DNA of 63,329 nucleotides, filler included, from Perkinsus chesapeaki ATCC PRA-425 (taxonomy: Eukaryota > Protista > Perkinsozoa): assembly GCA_013115145.1 (NCBI GenBank). It is 8 parts of 8 records of this genome, joined end to end, with 100 filler letters (N's around TTAATTAATTAA, not from the genome) between each part and the next. Parts side by side here need not be neighbours in the genome. Positions count along the whole stretch, not along the records: positions 27,490 to 49,982 come from JAAPAO010000578.1; positions 50,083 to 54,817 come from JAAPAO010001232.1; positions 54,918 to 58,570 come from JAAPAO010001372.1; 5 more parts are not named here. One strand, given 5' to 3'. The position numbers were made by a program, and so were the translations under genes. Numbering within the stretch: position 1 is the first letter of the stretch; the number at the start of each line of letters is the position of its first letter. Under the pieces are notes generated by a model. The model was not told the DNA's origin, ran no database searches, and was given only the letters and a program-made list of their open reading frames with translations. Below, piece after piece: positions 47,001 through 57,599 of the stretch.

Positions 47001-47843
47001 CTTATATGTGGCGTCAATAGTACCGCAGCGCTAGTGCGTTCCCGATTCTGAAGTGTAGGTTATTTCTTCAGGGACTCGAGGAACTCGCGATAGAGTTTCA
47101 TGGCAGAGGAGTGGCTCTGTGGTTTGCTGGGTCGCATGGATCCGTTCGAAGGTTGCTTGAAAATGTTTTGGTAGAGCGCGAAATAATTGAACAGAAAGGT
47201 GAGTCTTCTCGCCCTGGTATTGTAAGTTCTTTCGTCTTCTTTTCCTCGATTTTTACGAATCGATCACGTGATCGATTGGGATTTCTCACGACATTGTCGT
47301 CTTCAGATTTGGTGCAGCAAGTCGAAGCCGTTGTGCAGCAGGCGCTGAGGCAAATAAGTCTTCCGGTCACCACACATGTGAAAAACTCCGACAAAACCGA
47401 CAGAAAGAAACTTCTTTCAGGCGGCGGTGGTGATTCAGCGTTGGTGGAGAAACAGACGGCAGCAACGTCTTCAGGAGGAAGGTGACAGTGGTGGCAACAG
47501 ATATATAAATGTAAGAAAGTTCATACAACTTGCATTTTCTAAAACGGCAATTTGGCCGGGGGTATGAGCAGACGAGATCGGGGGCGAGATCTCTTGCCGC
47601 CTTTCCCGAAATTTTCAGGCTTTGCTGAAGGTTTTTGTGACTGGTAGAATTCAGGTCGGTTGGGCTATTGATGACGATACGATTGAGGAGATGTATCGAA
47701 ATCGATCGCTTAAAGTTGTTCCATCAACACCGGATCTCGTGGCAGATCGAAGCCCGTCCAGGCGAGGCGGGCCGCCGGAGATTCGATATGAAAGGCGACC
47801 TGGTTATGTCTCATCGATGCGAAGGAGCAATTCTATTGTATAA
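41035..47843 (+). CDS. SulP/SLC26 anion transporter with STAS domain and C-terminal IQ-like motif, multi-exon (start approximate)
   Basis: DLMGGITLGLITLSQSIAHANIA, FGTSPHMSVG, ISRPALSGFVTG, GSVFGAFPVQGGLSRT; STAS PGLLVFGINGPLLFVN and GVPFIDATA. Confidence 0.9.
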
Positions 47844-48423
47844 ACGTTTCAGGGAATCTGTCCAGCTTTTCGAAGGATCTTTTTTGATCGGTTACAATTG
47901 GTTTCATTCTCTTTTTTGTTGAGCAACAGTCAAAGTGGAATATCCTATCTCGACGCGTGCACTTCACGCACGTTCATTCCTTAATATTGGTAAAATTCCA
48001 CCCAAGCCTCAGTAGCGGCAATTGATCGAAGGTAAGAAGAATCAAACAGAGACGAAGATTTCATCATTGCTCCTCCATGGCCGGAGGGGAGAAGATAGAG
48101 AATATGATCCCAGTGAACAGACTATATCAAAGAACACGTTTAGTCACAACAGAACGTATGCCATTTATCTTGTTCGTTTTGGATGACCTCCTAGCGAGGT
48201 TCATCTTCGGTCAGCCGAGCCCAGTTTTCCTCGTAATTTCTCGAGGCCACCGATGAGCCCCTTTTACTGAACGGTTTCATGCGATTAATGACAAAACACA
48301 ACAAGAACAGATGACTATGATAACTGAGACTCAAACCGATAGTGATAACTTATCTACTAATAATAACTGATATATCGTGAAGGCGTTTGGCGCCAAGCAG
48401 GATTCTACTTCCTATTTTATAAT

Positions 48424-49590
48424 TCATTCTTTGACCTCATATGGATTCACCAAATAAGCGTGACCAGGGTGCATTCTCTTAATATTAAGATTCTTCACGA
48501 ACTCGCTCAGAGGCTCCCCCTTGAACGAGCATCGGTATATAGCAGCACACAATGGTACTTGTTTCTTGATCGGAGCGTCACCGATGGCATCAACGATTTC
48601 CAGCAAAGTGAGAGTGCCTTGGAGCTTCTGGCCACCAAGCAGTTCACTTTCGATGTCTTCCCAAGACTTCTTTCCACCAGCCTTAGCGAACGCCTCCGCG
48701 CAACGACGGTTTCGACCACCGAAACAAGTAGCAATTAAATCACCAACGCCGCAGCTTTCGAAAAAAGTTTGGTCGGGAACAGCCGGATAGATGTACTTGA
48801 TGATTTTACGCATCTCTTCAAGACCAATACGTAACACTGCAGCTTTGGAGTTCGTACCGAGACCGAGACCGTCGCAGAAGCCAGCACCAATAGCTATGAT
48901 GTTCTTGACCGCGCCGCACATCTCAACGCCTTGAACGTCTTCAACGTGATTCACACTGAACATGTCGCTATCGAAAAGGTTCTGCAAAACCACCGCTGAC
49001 TTGCTGTCGTGGCATCCGAGCGTCGCCTCGCAAAACTGGTCTTTGGCAACTTCGATGGCAAGATTCCCACCCATGAGCACCGCGACCGTCCTCAACTGTG
49101 GCAGAGCCTCGCGGATGATGTCACTGCAAAGAACGATCTTGCTCGAGCCGTCCTTCATAATCTCACGGTCAAAACCGCCCTTAATGAGAGACACCGCAAT
49201 CGCATCTTCACGAACACAATTTTTGATCTGCTCCAGGACCTTCGGCAAGAACTGATGGGGCAGCACGAAAATAAGAATATCGGCACCGGTGACGGCCTCC
49301 TTGAGATCTGGCACCGCGACGATATTTTCCGGTAAAGCGATGCCTGGCAGATACTTCACATTCTCGTGCTTGGTGTTGATAATCGTGACAAGACTCTCCT
49401 TTTTGCCTTCGAGCTCGACTTGCTCGTCAAATACCCACATACGAATCTCGTCGTCGAAATCGTCGTTCTCCAAAGCCCTGATCGCCACGAGGCGCGAGAC
49501 AGTTGAACCCCAGTTGCCGCTGCCAATCACGGTAACCCTGCGGGGGTACCTGGTAGGGTCGGGAGAGATGGACCTTTTCTCGGTGAACAT
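48424..49590 (-). CDS. GPD1: Glycerol-3-phosphate dehydrogenase (NAD+), single exon
   Basis: VIGSGNWGS, HENVKYLPG, SLIKG, GAVKNIIA, GVGDLIATCFGGRNRR, GQKLQG. Confidence 0.97.
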   Translation of the reverse strand: MFTEKRSISPDPTRYPRRVTVIGSGNWGSTVSRLVAIRALENDDFDDEIRMWVFDEQVELEGKKESLVTIINTKHENVKYLPGIALPENIVAVPDLKEAVTGADILIFVLPHQFLPKVLEQIKNCVREDAIAVSLIKGGFDREIMKDGSSKIVLCSDIIREALPQLRTVAVLMGGNLAIEVAKDQFCEATLGCHDSKSAVVLQNLFDSDMFSVNHVEDVQGVEMCGAVKNIIAIGAGFCDGLGLGTNSKAAVLRIGLEEMRKIIKYIYPAVPDQTFFESCGVGDLIATCFGGRNRRCAEAFAKAGGKKSWEDIESELLGGQKLQGTLTLLEIVDAIGDAPIKKQVPLCAAIYRCSFKGEPLSEFVKNLNIKRMHPGHAYLVNPYEVKE

Positions 49591-49982
49591 TTTTCGAGAT
49601 GAAATCTGAAAGAGACTTTCGAATAGGAACGCTAGAATGAAGGTGGCACACCGCGCAGCACACAAAAACTGTCCCCTTTCAAGGAGGCACTAAAATACAG
49701 CTCCTCCTGGTGCTGTGAGAATTGAAGAGACTTCAGTGGACTTAAGAGCAAGAATCATTAACAATTTTCGGGCATGAGCGGAACTAAGCAATGAATTTTC
49801 AGAGTCTCTGAGGCAGAGATGGAGAAAGCCTACTTCCCGATGGCGCGCGTACACAAGGCTTGCACGCATGCGCAAAAGGATCGAGGAATCATTCAACCTA
49901 AGAGGATGGAAGTTTGATAGGAAATATGTTACTAGTGATACGGAGGAGGAGATATAATAGAAAGGAGTTTGATAGGAAATAT

Positions 49983-50082
49983 NNNNNNNNNNNNNNNNNN
50001 NNNNNNNNNNNNNNNNNNNNNNNNNNTTAATTAATTAANNNNNNNNNNNNNNNNNNNNNNNNNNNNNNNNNNNNNNNNNNNN
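49983..50082. other. Assembly linker
   Basis: TTAATTAATTAA at 50027-50038. Confidence 0.98.
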
Positions 50083-50120
50083 CTCTACTTCATTAGTCTT
50101 CTTTTCAAACCTCAACCGCC

Positions 50121-51174
50121 ATGCGTTCAGTTAGGGGTGACAAAGCAACACATACGTGCGTTATCTTTATTCCAAAATCTTTTATGACGATTCAGATATT
50201 TTCGATTATACGGAGGCTTACATCAGCGCGTATTCTATTACCGCTTGCCTCATTGCTCTGTGGGTCGATTTATGAGCCGGAGTTATCTCCACCGGTTTTT
50301 ATTCATTAATTTTTTAGTAAGCAAACAAGCTGCTGGTGCCCTCCTGCGTAAGCAGCTGTGATTATGGACGATTTCATCTCAGACAAGTTGCTTGGAACAG
50401 ATTCGTATAGTCTCAGATATAATCGTACTCCCATTTTGTGTGAGTGCGTTTTGTCGCAGCGCACGTCCGCCCTTGCTCGTCTGGACAACACGCGTGTTTC
50501 TGCTCACTTTGATTCCTCCATGGTCCGAAGTGAACGGGCTATAGTGAGGCCCGGAATATATACAGGGTGTTCCAATTTGTTATGCAAATCATTATTGAGT
50601 TTATCATATTTGATAATTCATTTATAAATGCAGGTAAATCAGACTATCACAACAGGAAGCTGCAGGTGTCAGTTTCCGTCGATGAACGGGTGGAAGTATT
50701 AGCACCTCAGCTGGATTTATTCATGCAATGGGAACTTTGGTGAGTTGACAGTATCGTGAGGAAAGCGGAATACCCATTTGTGGCCATTTGTCAGTTACAA
50801 ATTGTTAGGGGCGCTCCATATGTGGAAGAGAAGATTCCAAAAAGGTTCATTATTGACGATTATCCAAGTTTTCCACATCGTGGCATGCTTATCGATACCG
50901 GAAGGCATTATCTTCCAATGGACATTGTTAAGGAGAATTTATATGTCATGGCTTTTAACAAGGTATTTATAAACTCAATTAATATTTGATTAACCTATCT
51001 CAGATGAATGTTCTTCATTGGCGTTTAACTGATGATATCAGTTTTTCATTAGACCTCCCACAATATACAAATTTACAAAAAGGGAATCCATCTCCTGTTA
51101 CATATGTTTCATTTTATTGCTTTATCTGTTGAAGGTACTCGAAAGAAGAAATTATTGATTGGCATTGGAAGTAA
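50121..51174 (+). pseudogene. Second GH20 beta-hexosaminidase, 5' half, apparently truncated (start approximate)
   Basis: IDDYPSFPHRGMLIDTGRHY; MNVLHWRLTD (Arg where His is usual); YSKEEI then TAA at 51172; no catalytic barrel exons found downstream. Confidence 0.72.
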
Positions 51175-51188
51175 TACTTCCGGAGTAT
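51167..51188. mobile_element. Hairpin-type excision footprint, inferred TSD GGAAGTAT
   Basis: GGAAGTA + ATACTTCC + GGAGTAT (1 mismatch). Confidence 0.7.
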
Positions 51189-51326
51189 CGCTGTACAGCC
51201 ATATACGTATCGCCTGATCAACAGGAGAGCAGATTAGCTCGAAACCTTCGAGTCGAAAGTGCGGTCATAAACGTCATTATCGATAGATAGTAAAGCCCAG
51301 ATAGTTAATCTGATAATATTATTATA

Positions 51327-51580
51327 TCACTTATGATCATGGGACACAAAGGTCCCGCGGGATCCAGTAACGTGACGGAAGTTAGTCACGCCACGGCCCA
51401 AAGAGTTATCCAGACCATACTCGCGGCAGGCCACACAATAAGCGGTAGCAGTTAACTCGTCAAATCTAAGCCGTACTTCTGCAGAGATAATGGGGGAATC
51501 GCGGGGGGTAACCACCCTTTCGTACACCAGTGGACTCTGTGTCGGATTCGCGATGATGGATCTGATGAAACGGTCACCTT
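51327..51580 (-). mobile_element. Relic TTF/BED-type zinc finger, possibly from a hAT transposase
   Basis: LRFDELTATAYCVACREY...GRGVTNFRHV...SHDH resembles the WLxYxxxxDxAFCxxCxxF...GFxNWK...H pattern. Confidence 0.4.
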
Positions 51581-52229
51581 GAGAGTCAGTGAATTAAAGA
51601 ATCATCTATTACTTTATGCTTTCCTGAGCTCTCCGAGCTAGTAGCCATTGATAGCCTCATTGAGACGTGTTTCTGAAGCTTACCCATGGTTACCCAGGAA
51701 TGTGGTTTCGACCTTTCTTGAGCTCGCTTCCTCCACGCCCCAGTGCTGTTAGACGACGAACTGCTGGCTGCTCGGAAAAACCGGTCTGCACTGGCTTGCA
51801 AAGTCGGCAACTCCTTGTCGTGTCGCTTCTGAATCAGAAGTTCTGATTCTCCTCTCGCTAACGCTTCTTTGCCCAATGGGCAATGCCCATCCCCCGGTTG
51901 ACATGATCAGGAGAATGATCAAGGTTACGATTAGTCGCATCAACTGCGGCAGTTGAACTGCCTCAATGAGAAGTGATATGCTTCCTTGAAGGGAGTCGCT
52001 TCCATGTAGATGAACCAAGTGAACGCAATTAACGCACACGTACAACGGTCGCGAGTCCCGCTCGCCAATAATGGTGGGTACCTTCCGGGGCTGCCCGGCC
52101 ATCGCCAGGTAACGCCGGGTAACGCCGGGTGAAGCCCTGGGCCGCCCGGCGGTTGCCGGGTTGCCGGGTGGGCTGCGGCGCCACGAATCCATCGTGTCGG
52201 GTCTTAGTGAACCACGCCTTATGAGCACG

Positions 52230-53507
52230 GAAAAGACCGCCTCTCAGATTTCGTCAGGCAGGAGAATCGTCGCACATTGCTCCGCCTCTTGTTCCACGAG
52301 TCTTTCCATCTGATCGTATCAGGCTGATACCCTTCTGCACTTCCCAATGGTACTGTGAGGGGCCGCCAGTGGCGGCCCGCCACATGTACTTTGGAAGTAC
52401 TACTGATTGACTTCTTTGTTAATGTTCTCGTTAGGCTCAGACCTTTCGCTTTCGTTTCTCTATTCATCCCTGCTTCCTTACCAGATTGATTACCCTGCTT
52501 TCGTACCGCAGCATAAATATACATATCCTTTGCCTTCCGCGATTGAACAACAAGTGCTGTCACAAAGAACTCCCCCACATCCAATTCCAAAAAGTCGGCA
52601 AGGCTGAAGATTATTCGTTGGTGACGTAGCGTGCATGCGAAGAAAACTTCCGTTTTCTGACACCTGCAGCTTTTCCACGTGATATGACTCATATCAGTAC
52701 TCATATCATATGAGTACTGGTTTTACTAGTAATATGGTCCTAACATGCTTATACTTTCATTACACTTTTGTATGCGGCTTGAAGAATCAGAGTGGTACAG
52801 CTGCAGTTGAGGCGGTTGATAAGGTTTGCGATATGGTTGATACTATGCATAGGCTTAGAAGTGATGGTGGATGTCACTTTACCTGCAAAGCCTTCAAGAC
52901 GATGTGTGAACGCCAAGGAATTCAGCATATGGTCGTGAATCGTTATAGCCCTTTCCAGAACGGTATTGCTAAGCGTGCCGTGGCCGGCTTGAAGAAGACC
53001 TTTCGCCTTTTCCCGGATGTGGTCAAACAAGAAGGTAAAGGTTCTCAATGGTTTTCATTGTTGGCTGGTGCTACACGTCGACTGAATGATAGACCTTTCC
53101 TTGGTCACGTTCCCTTCGAGGTATTCTATGGACGACCTCGTGAAGAGCAACTACGCTACGCTGATACGGATAAGATAGAAGCACCCCCTTCGCTACAAGA
53201 CCTTCAACATGATAGAGCCGCAGCTAACGAAGATTTCGATCTGCATTAGCAGCATAGACTTCCTGTTCGATCCTATCAACCCAGAAGACTAACTTTGAAG
53301 CCGGGGCGACTGGTGGTCATTTATCGCTCTACTACCAAGCCTGGACTGGTTATACTGGCGGTTCTGTGAAAAAAGTAGTTTATCAGGTTTTGTATTGGTG
53401 TTGATGTTCATCTCCGCCCAGCTAAAGATCGGTTAGAGAAGAAATAATCGGAAGGTCCTAATGATTTCGTTGAGCATGTGAAGAATCTTCGCCCTTACTA
53501 TGCTTGA
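52230..53507 (+). mobile_element. Decayed Ty3/Gypsy-type pol (integrase) of an LTR retrotransposon
   Basis: RLRSDGGCHF (D), PFQNGIAKR (catalytic E replaced by K), PFEVFYGRP, HVKNLRPY; frameshifts; 5' limit approximate. Confidence 0.88.
52680..52719. mobile_element. Double-hairpin excision footprint, inferred TSD GATATGAG
   Basis: TGATATGA-C-TCATATCA overlaps CAGTACTCATAT-C-ATATGAGTACTG. Confidence 0.88.
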
Positions 53508-53531
53508 ATTGGTCGAAGAGGGGGTCGGATG

Positions 53532-53795
53532 TGATGCCTGCACAATTATTGTCCCCTTGATCTATTTTACCTAAGCTATAGCGTGCGCTGTAGCTTGGTG
53601 TCGATTCCCAATTGTGGGTGAGAATCACTTCGATTTTTATTTCCCTTTTTCCATGTCCGATTTATTGAGTACAGTTCCAAGAGGGCGAAACAGCAGATGA
53701 CCCGTTTAACCAACTGGACTAACGCGAACCTTCAAGTTTGACTTTCTTCGTCGGATTATGCTTGAAAACGTCGTATTAAAGTCTACCAAACATCA
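53532..53795 (+). mobile_element. Candidate 3' LTR (TGATG...CATCA) after a polypurine tract at 53515-53524
   Basis: GAAGAGGGGG follows the integrase stop; 5-bp inverted ends; ATTAAA near the 3' end. Confidence 0.62.
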
Positions 53796-53925
53796 TGCGC
53801 TTCGCTCCGCATATTCCACTCAATCGGGTAATCAACATTCGGGTTATTTCAAGGTTACTTAACCTATCTATTATCTCATACCAGGTTTCTAATAGGCCCA
53901 GCATGTTCTGTGAATGTAACGACAA

Positions 53926-54162
53926 TGGACGAATGGCTATTGGACGAAAAGGTCATGTACGAAACGCGCATTGTCAGCATATCTTTGCGTGAAGCAACCA
54001 TGAACGAAACAATCGTGGACGAAACCTTACCTGGACGAAATAAATGAGTACGAAACGAGCGCAATCACAGTGGACGAAACGATCCTGGATAAACTGCGAT
54101 TTGGGCGAAAAAATCTTGGACGGAACATGCCATGCCATGGACGAAACAGTAATGGACGAATC
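53926..54162 (+). repeat. 15-bp-period array with conserved TGGACGAAAC core and variable 5-6 bp spacers
   Basis: Cores at 53926, 53941, 53956, 54001, 54016, 54032, 54047, 54071, 54086, 54102, 54117, 54138 and 54153. Confidence 0.9.
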
Positions 54163-54817
54163 GCGGTACACCCGACCGAAGGTACTGGACTATGCCCAAA
54201 GCGCTCCTGAGACCTTCTATAGTCTCTGGCAAGAGCAAGCAGGACTGAAGCTTCTGCACATTCTCATCGGTCGTGCGCCAGCCGGTGGCTGACATGTGCA
54301 TATCGCACATAGTGACAGTAGTTGCAACATCCTGGGTCTTATGCAAGGGCAAGTTGATGCCAATCCGCAAGAGGTAATTGCGGACATTAGTTAAACGAAG
54401 ACGGCAGTGCTCCTCGTTCACGCCCCAGAGCATAATGAAATCAAAATAGCAGCAGACACCGCAACCAGCCAGATCTGGCTTGCCGATAAGAATAGAGAGA
54501 GCTAGCTGAAAGTAGTTCTGCCAATAGGCTGGAGGGCACTTGAGGCCCTGTGGTAACATCTCAAAATGATGAAACTCGTCAACGCCAGTAGTACTGGCCC
54601 AGTACGGATCCCCATGATTCGGCCTCCGTTCTTTCCCACATCTTCATCTATATGGACCTGGTAGAATGCATCCTTGCAGCTATGAATGTCTATGACAGCC
54701 AGGTATGAACCGGAGGGAATGTTGGGGACACAGGCAGTAGCTTTATGTTGGAGTTGTTACCACCACGAGGAAGTTCCAGCCTGGCATTGAGATTCCGAAA
54801 GTCACATAGAAGTCGAA
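54163..54817 (-). mobile_element. Decayed Ty3/Gypsy-type reverse transcriptase
   Basis: RLLCDFRNLN, KDAFYQV, MLPQGL, CYFDFI (YxDD degraded), LRSALGIVQY; frameshifts. Confidence 0.9.
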
Positions 54818-54917
54818 NNNNNNNNNNNNNNNNNNNNNNNNNNNNNNNNNNNNNNNNNNNNTTAATTAATTAANNNNNNNNNNNNNNNNNNNNNNNNNNN
54901 NNNNNNNNNNNNNNNNN
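54818..54917. other. Assembly linker
   Basis: TTAATTAATTAA at 54862-54873. Confidence 0.98.
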
Positions 54918-55159
54918 AACTTTTGGAGTGTGTTCGGGTTTCGGGTTTGAGTATTCCTCCCGCACTCCCGTGTTCGATGGGATTTTACGTTCCTACAGCG
55001 GCAGTAGTGCTATCGGTTGACTGCCTCGCTTTCACATCACCGTGGTATACGGCATGACTCCACAACTCAATAAAATTATTCTTTCCAAGCTACTATGATA
55101 CGTCAGGCATGCCACTAATCCCAATTGTTAAACTTCGAGCGGGTGAGTCTCTCTCACAC

Positions 55160-55862
55160 GCTTGCTTCTAGGGCCTCAAAGGCCGCTAGTGAGAGGTTGG
55201 CTCCGGCTTCGTCCGACTGTATCAGTTCAAACGGTCTGAGGATAACACTCTGCGGCTCCAGATATTCCTGATAATATTTTTACTCAACTTTCGCCATGCA
55301 CCCAGTAAGCTGCTTGTCAATAATTAAACGGCGACCATCTCTAGCGACCCGGCAAACTCGACCGTCGAGCCATTGGTGTTTAGAGGCGCTCCAGTACTTC
55401 ACAATCTACAAACGGGATGTCTCGAAGCGTCGAAGAGCTTAATAAAAGCACCTCGCCAATACAAAACGTCTGGCCATTTACAGTAAACGTCTCCGCACGG
55501 GAAAGAGGGTCCCTCGCCGGTGCCGTCGAACTTTCGTCGCCCACAGGTGTGGCATCGTTGAGGACAACACAGTGCGCAATATCTTCCCCTTTCACAGAGT
55601 CGGTCAGCAGCTCCTCATCAGCCAAGCGACCAGCGGCAAGGAGCTCCCCGATGGGAGAGTCACAAACCTCCGGCAACCGTTGGCTCAAACTAGTCTGATT
55701 GCCCGGGAAGTATCGGCCTGATTGCTGGCCAGCACCAAAGCCAGGAGTAGCAACACCGAAAGCGGGAGTAGCCACGGAATCTGAAGAGGGCCTATACAGA
55801 AGCCCATGCTTGAGTCTTGGGATTAGATTGCTCAAACCGTTATAGTTGAAGAGACTTCGCAA
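55160..55862 (-). pseudogene. Decayed coding sequence of unknown family
   Basis: ORF 55862-55380 continues in the same frame past two stops (HQWLDGRVCRVARD..., EYLEPQSVILRPFEL); limits approximate. Confidence 0.4.
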
Positions 55863-56699
55863 TGGCTGGGTCGGTAATCAAAACGATTTACAAAGGTCTA
55901 AGGATTCCTCAAAGCCACTCCGAAGCCACTCGAATCAGATTACACAAGTCGATCAACTTTAGCTTTTAAAAAACAGGAGCCTACGAAACTACTCTTCAAC
56001 AATCACAACCCACCTCCTCCTCGGCAGACCGCTGGTGCCGTCCGGGCATGCGCGTTATGTGGCATTTGTCGAGCCAGGCCAAGTCTTATTCCCTGCCCGG
56101 CCATTTCTCGTTGACGCGTGCTCATCATCTCATCCACAAACGTTGCCTGCTGACCAGCTGTGTGCACCCTCGAAGCCAGAGGCCGCCTCTGCTGCATTCC
56201 TCGCAGCGCCGCTTTTTGACGAACTCGCGGAGTGTTCTGAGGACTCGCCTAATCAAACAGCAATCATTCTAGCGCGCCATGAAACTCCCTACATGAGCTG
56301 GTAGTGCCCGTGTGAAAATCGGTGGAAGCTCGGTGGGAGCAATAGGCAAGCTGAGAGGTGCCGATTCCAGCCGGGCCCGCTCTTATTAACTACCTTGGCC
56401 TTGTGCCAACACTTTGAGGACGCTGCCCTGCATGCTGTAGCCTATACCTGGCCTTGCCCAGCCACTTTACTAGGATAGCACTGGCGGGTGGTATCTACTC
56501 TAAAAGGTGCCTATGGATGCGGTACGCGCTGAAAGGCTGCAAACAGGTTTTCGTGAGAGAAGAATCGACAGGAGGTTTAAGTAATCATGCCATTCTATAT
56601 CGGAGTTCAACTACGGAGGTTCTAATACATCACAGTTATGTACATCACGGTTCTGTGACGATACGTGAGCTTCAACTCAAGTCCAACATACTACCAAGG

Positions 56700-56981
56700 C
56701 TACCCATGGGGCCCTACAGGCCACACCGTGCCCGAAGAAAAAGGAACCGCCGCTGCCCGCCTCACTACAAGCTCTTGCCTCTTCGAGTCCCCCTCTACAA
56801 TTCGTATAATGTCTCTCAGTACATCCACACTCCTTTCCTCCGACTCAACACCCAACTCAGCCAACTGTCGTCGAAGTTGGAATGCCTCCTCACTGGATCC
56901 CCCAGATGAGTTGTCGCTCAACAGCAAGTCATCTCCCCTCTCCGCCGGTTGGTATGTCGATGATGACGACCCACAACCCAT
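56700..56981 (-). CDS. Hypothetical protein with MGCGSS dual-acylation N-terminus
   Basis: True ATG start; Gly2/Cys3/Ser6 pattern; 93-aa ORF, possibly a first exon. Confidence 0.4.
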   Translation of the reverse strand: MGCGSSSSTYQPAERGDDLLLSDNSSGGSSEEAFQLRRQLAELGVESEERSVDVLRDIIRIVEGDSKRQELVVRRAAAVPFSSGTVWPVGPHG

Positions 56982-57599
56982 AACGGCTCAGAACAGTAGC
57001 AGACATGGAAAGGAACTGAAAACGATGCCACTGAAGCCGATCGGTCCGATCGTATTTGATAACGCTATGATTAACTAAACCGATCTTCCCTCCAGCCAAG
57101 CACCAGAAATATCGCCTGGAGTATATTCTCTCCGTTCTGAGATCGGGCTGATTTGATAATTCCTAGCTTGACCAGCGCAAAGTTCCGCCCAACATACCAA
57201 GCTTTATAACCAAGCGAAGTTGACGCGTGGAGGGAAACTTATAAGCTTAACAACAACAAGTCAACTACGCCAACAGTTGGAGCATCGCGGTCTTCGTAGT
57301 ACTAGCAGGCTGTGCTTTGTAGATAGCACGCAGACGTGCAACTGCCATGGACCGGAGCTTTGCCTCGACCTTATTGTCGACATCGGCCGGTATGGTGGTT
57401 AATAAGCCCCATAGTGCCCTGAGAATATTAAAGATGCGAATGAGAGCAACAAAGTTGACTGGTAGTGTATGTCACATATAGTGATCTATTATTATACTAG
57501 TTATATAATATTTGATAAAAAGGATTCAATAACCTAATAAATGCCATGAGCATCCGATCAATAGTGATGAAAATTCTCCGACACATTTATGATGTATTA

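Noticed and set aside
52219-52704. 161-aa minus-strand ORF
   Set aside because: Antisense to the decayed pol region, and it starts inside the footprint palindrome.
53926-54162. CRISPR array or hammerhead ribozymes (GGACGAAAC resembles stem II-GAAAC)
   Set aside because: Core and spacers are far too short for CRISPR, the host is eukaryotic with no cas genes, and no CTGANGA core precedes the motifs.
57038-57052. Odd-centred palindrome CGATCGG-T-CCGATCG
   Set aside because: Fails the TSD test on both sides.
57235-57310. SAP-domain-like fragment TTSQLRQQLEHRGLRSTS
   Set aside because: The second helix is absent, the start is TTG, and there is no supporting exon structure.
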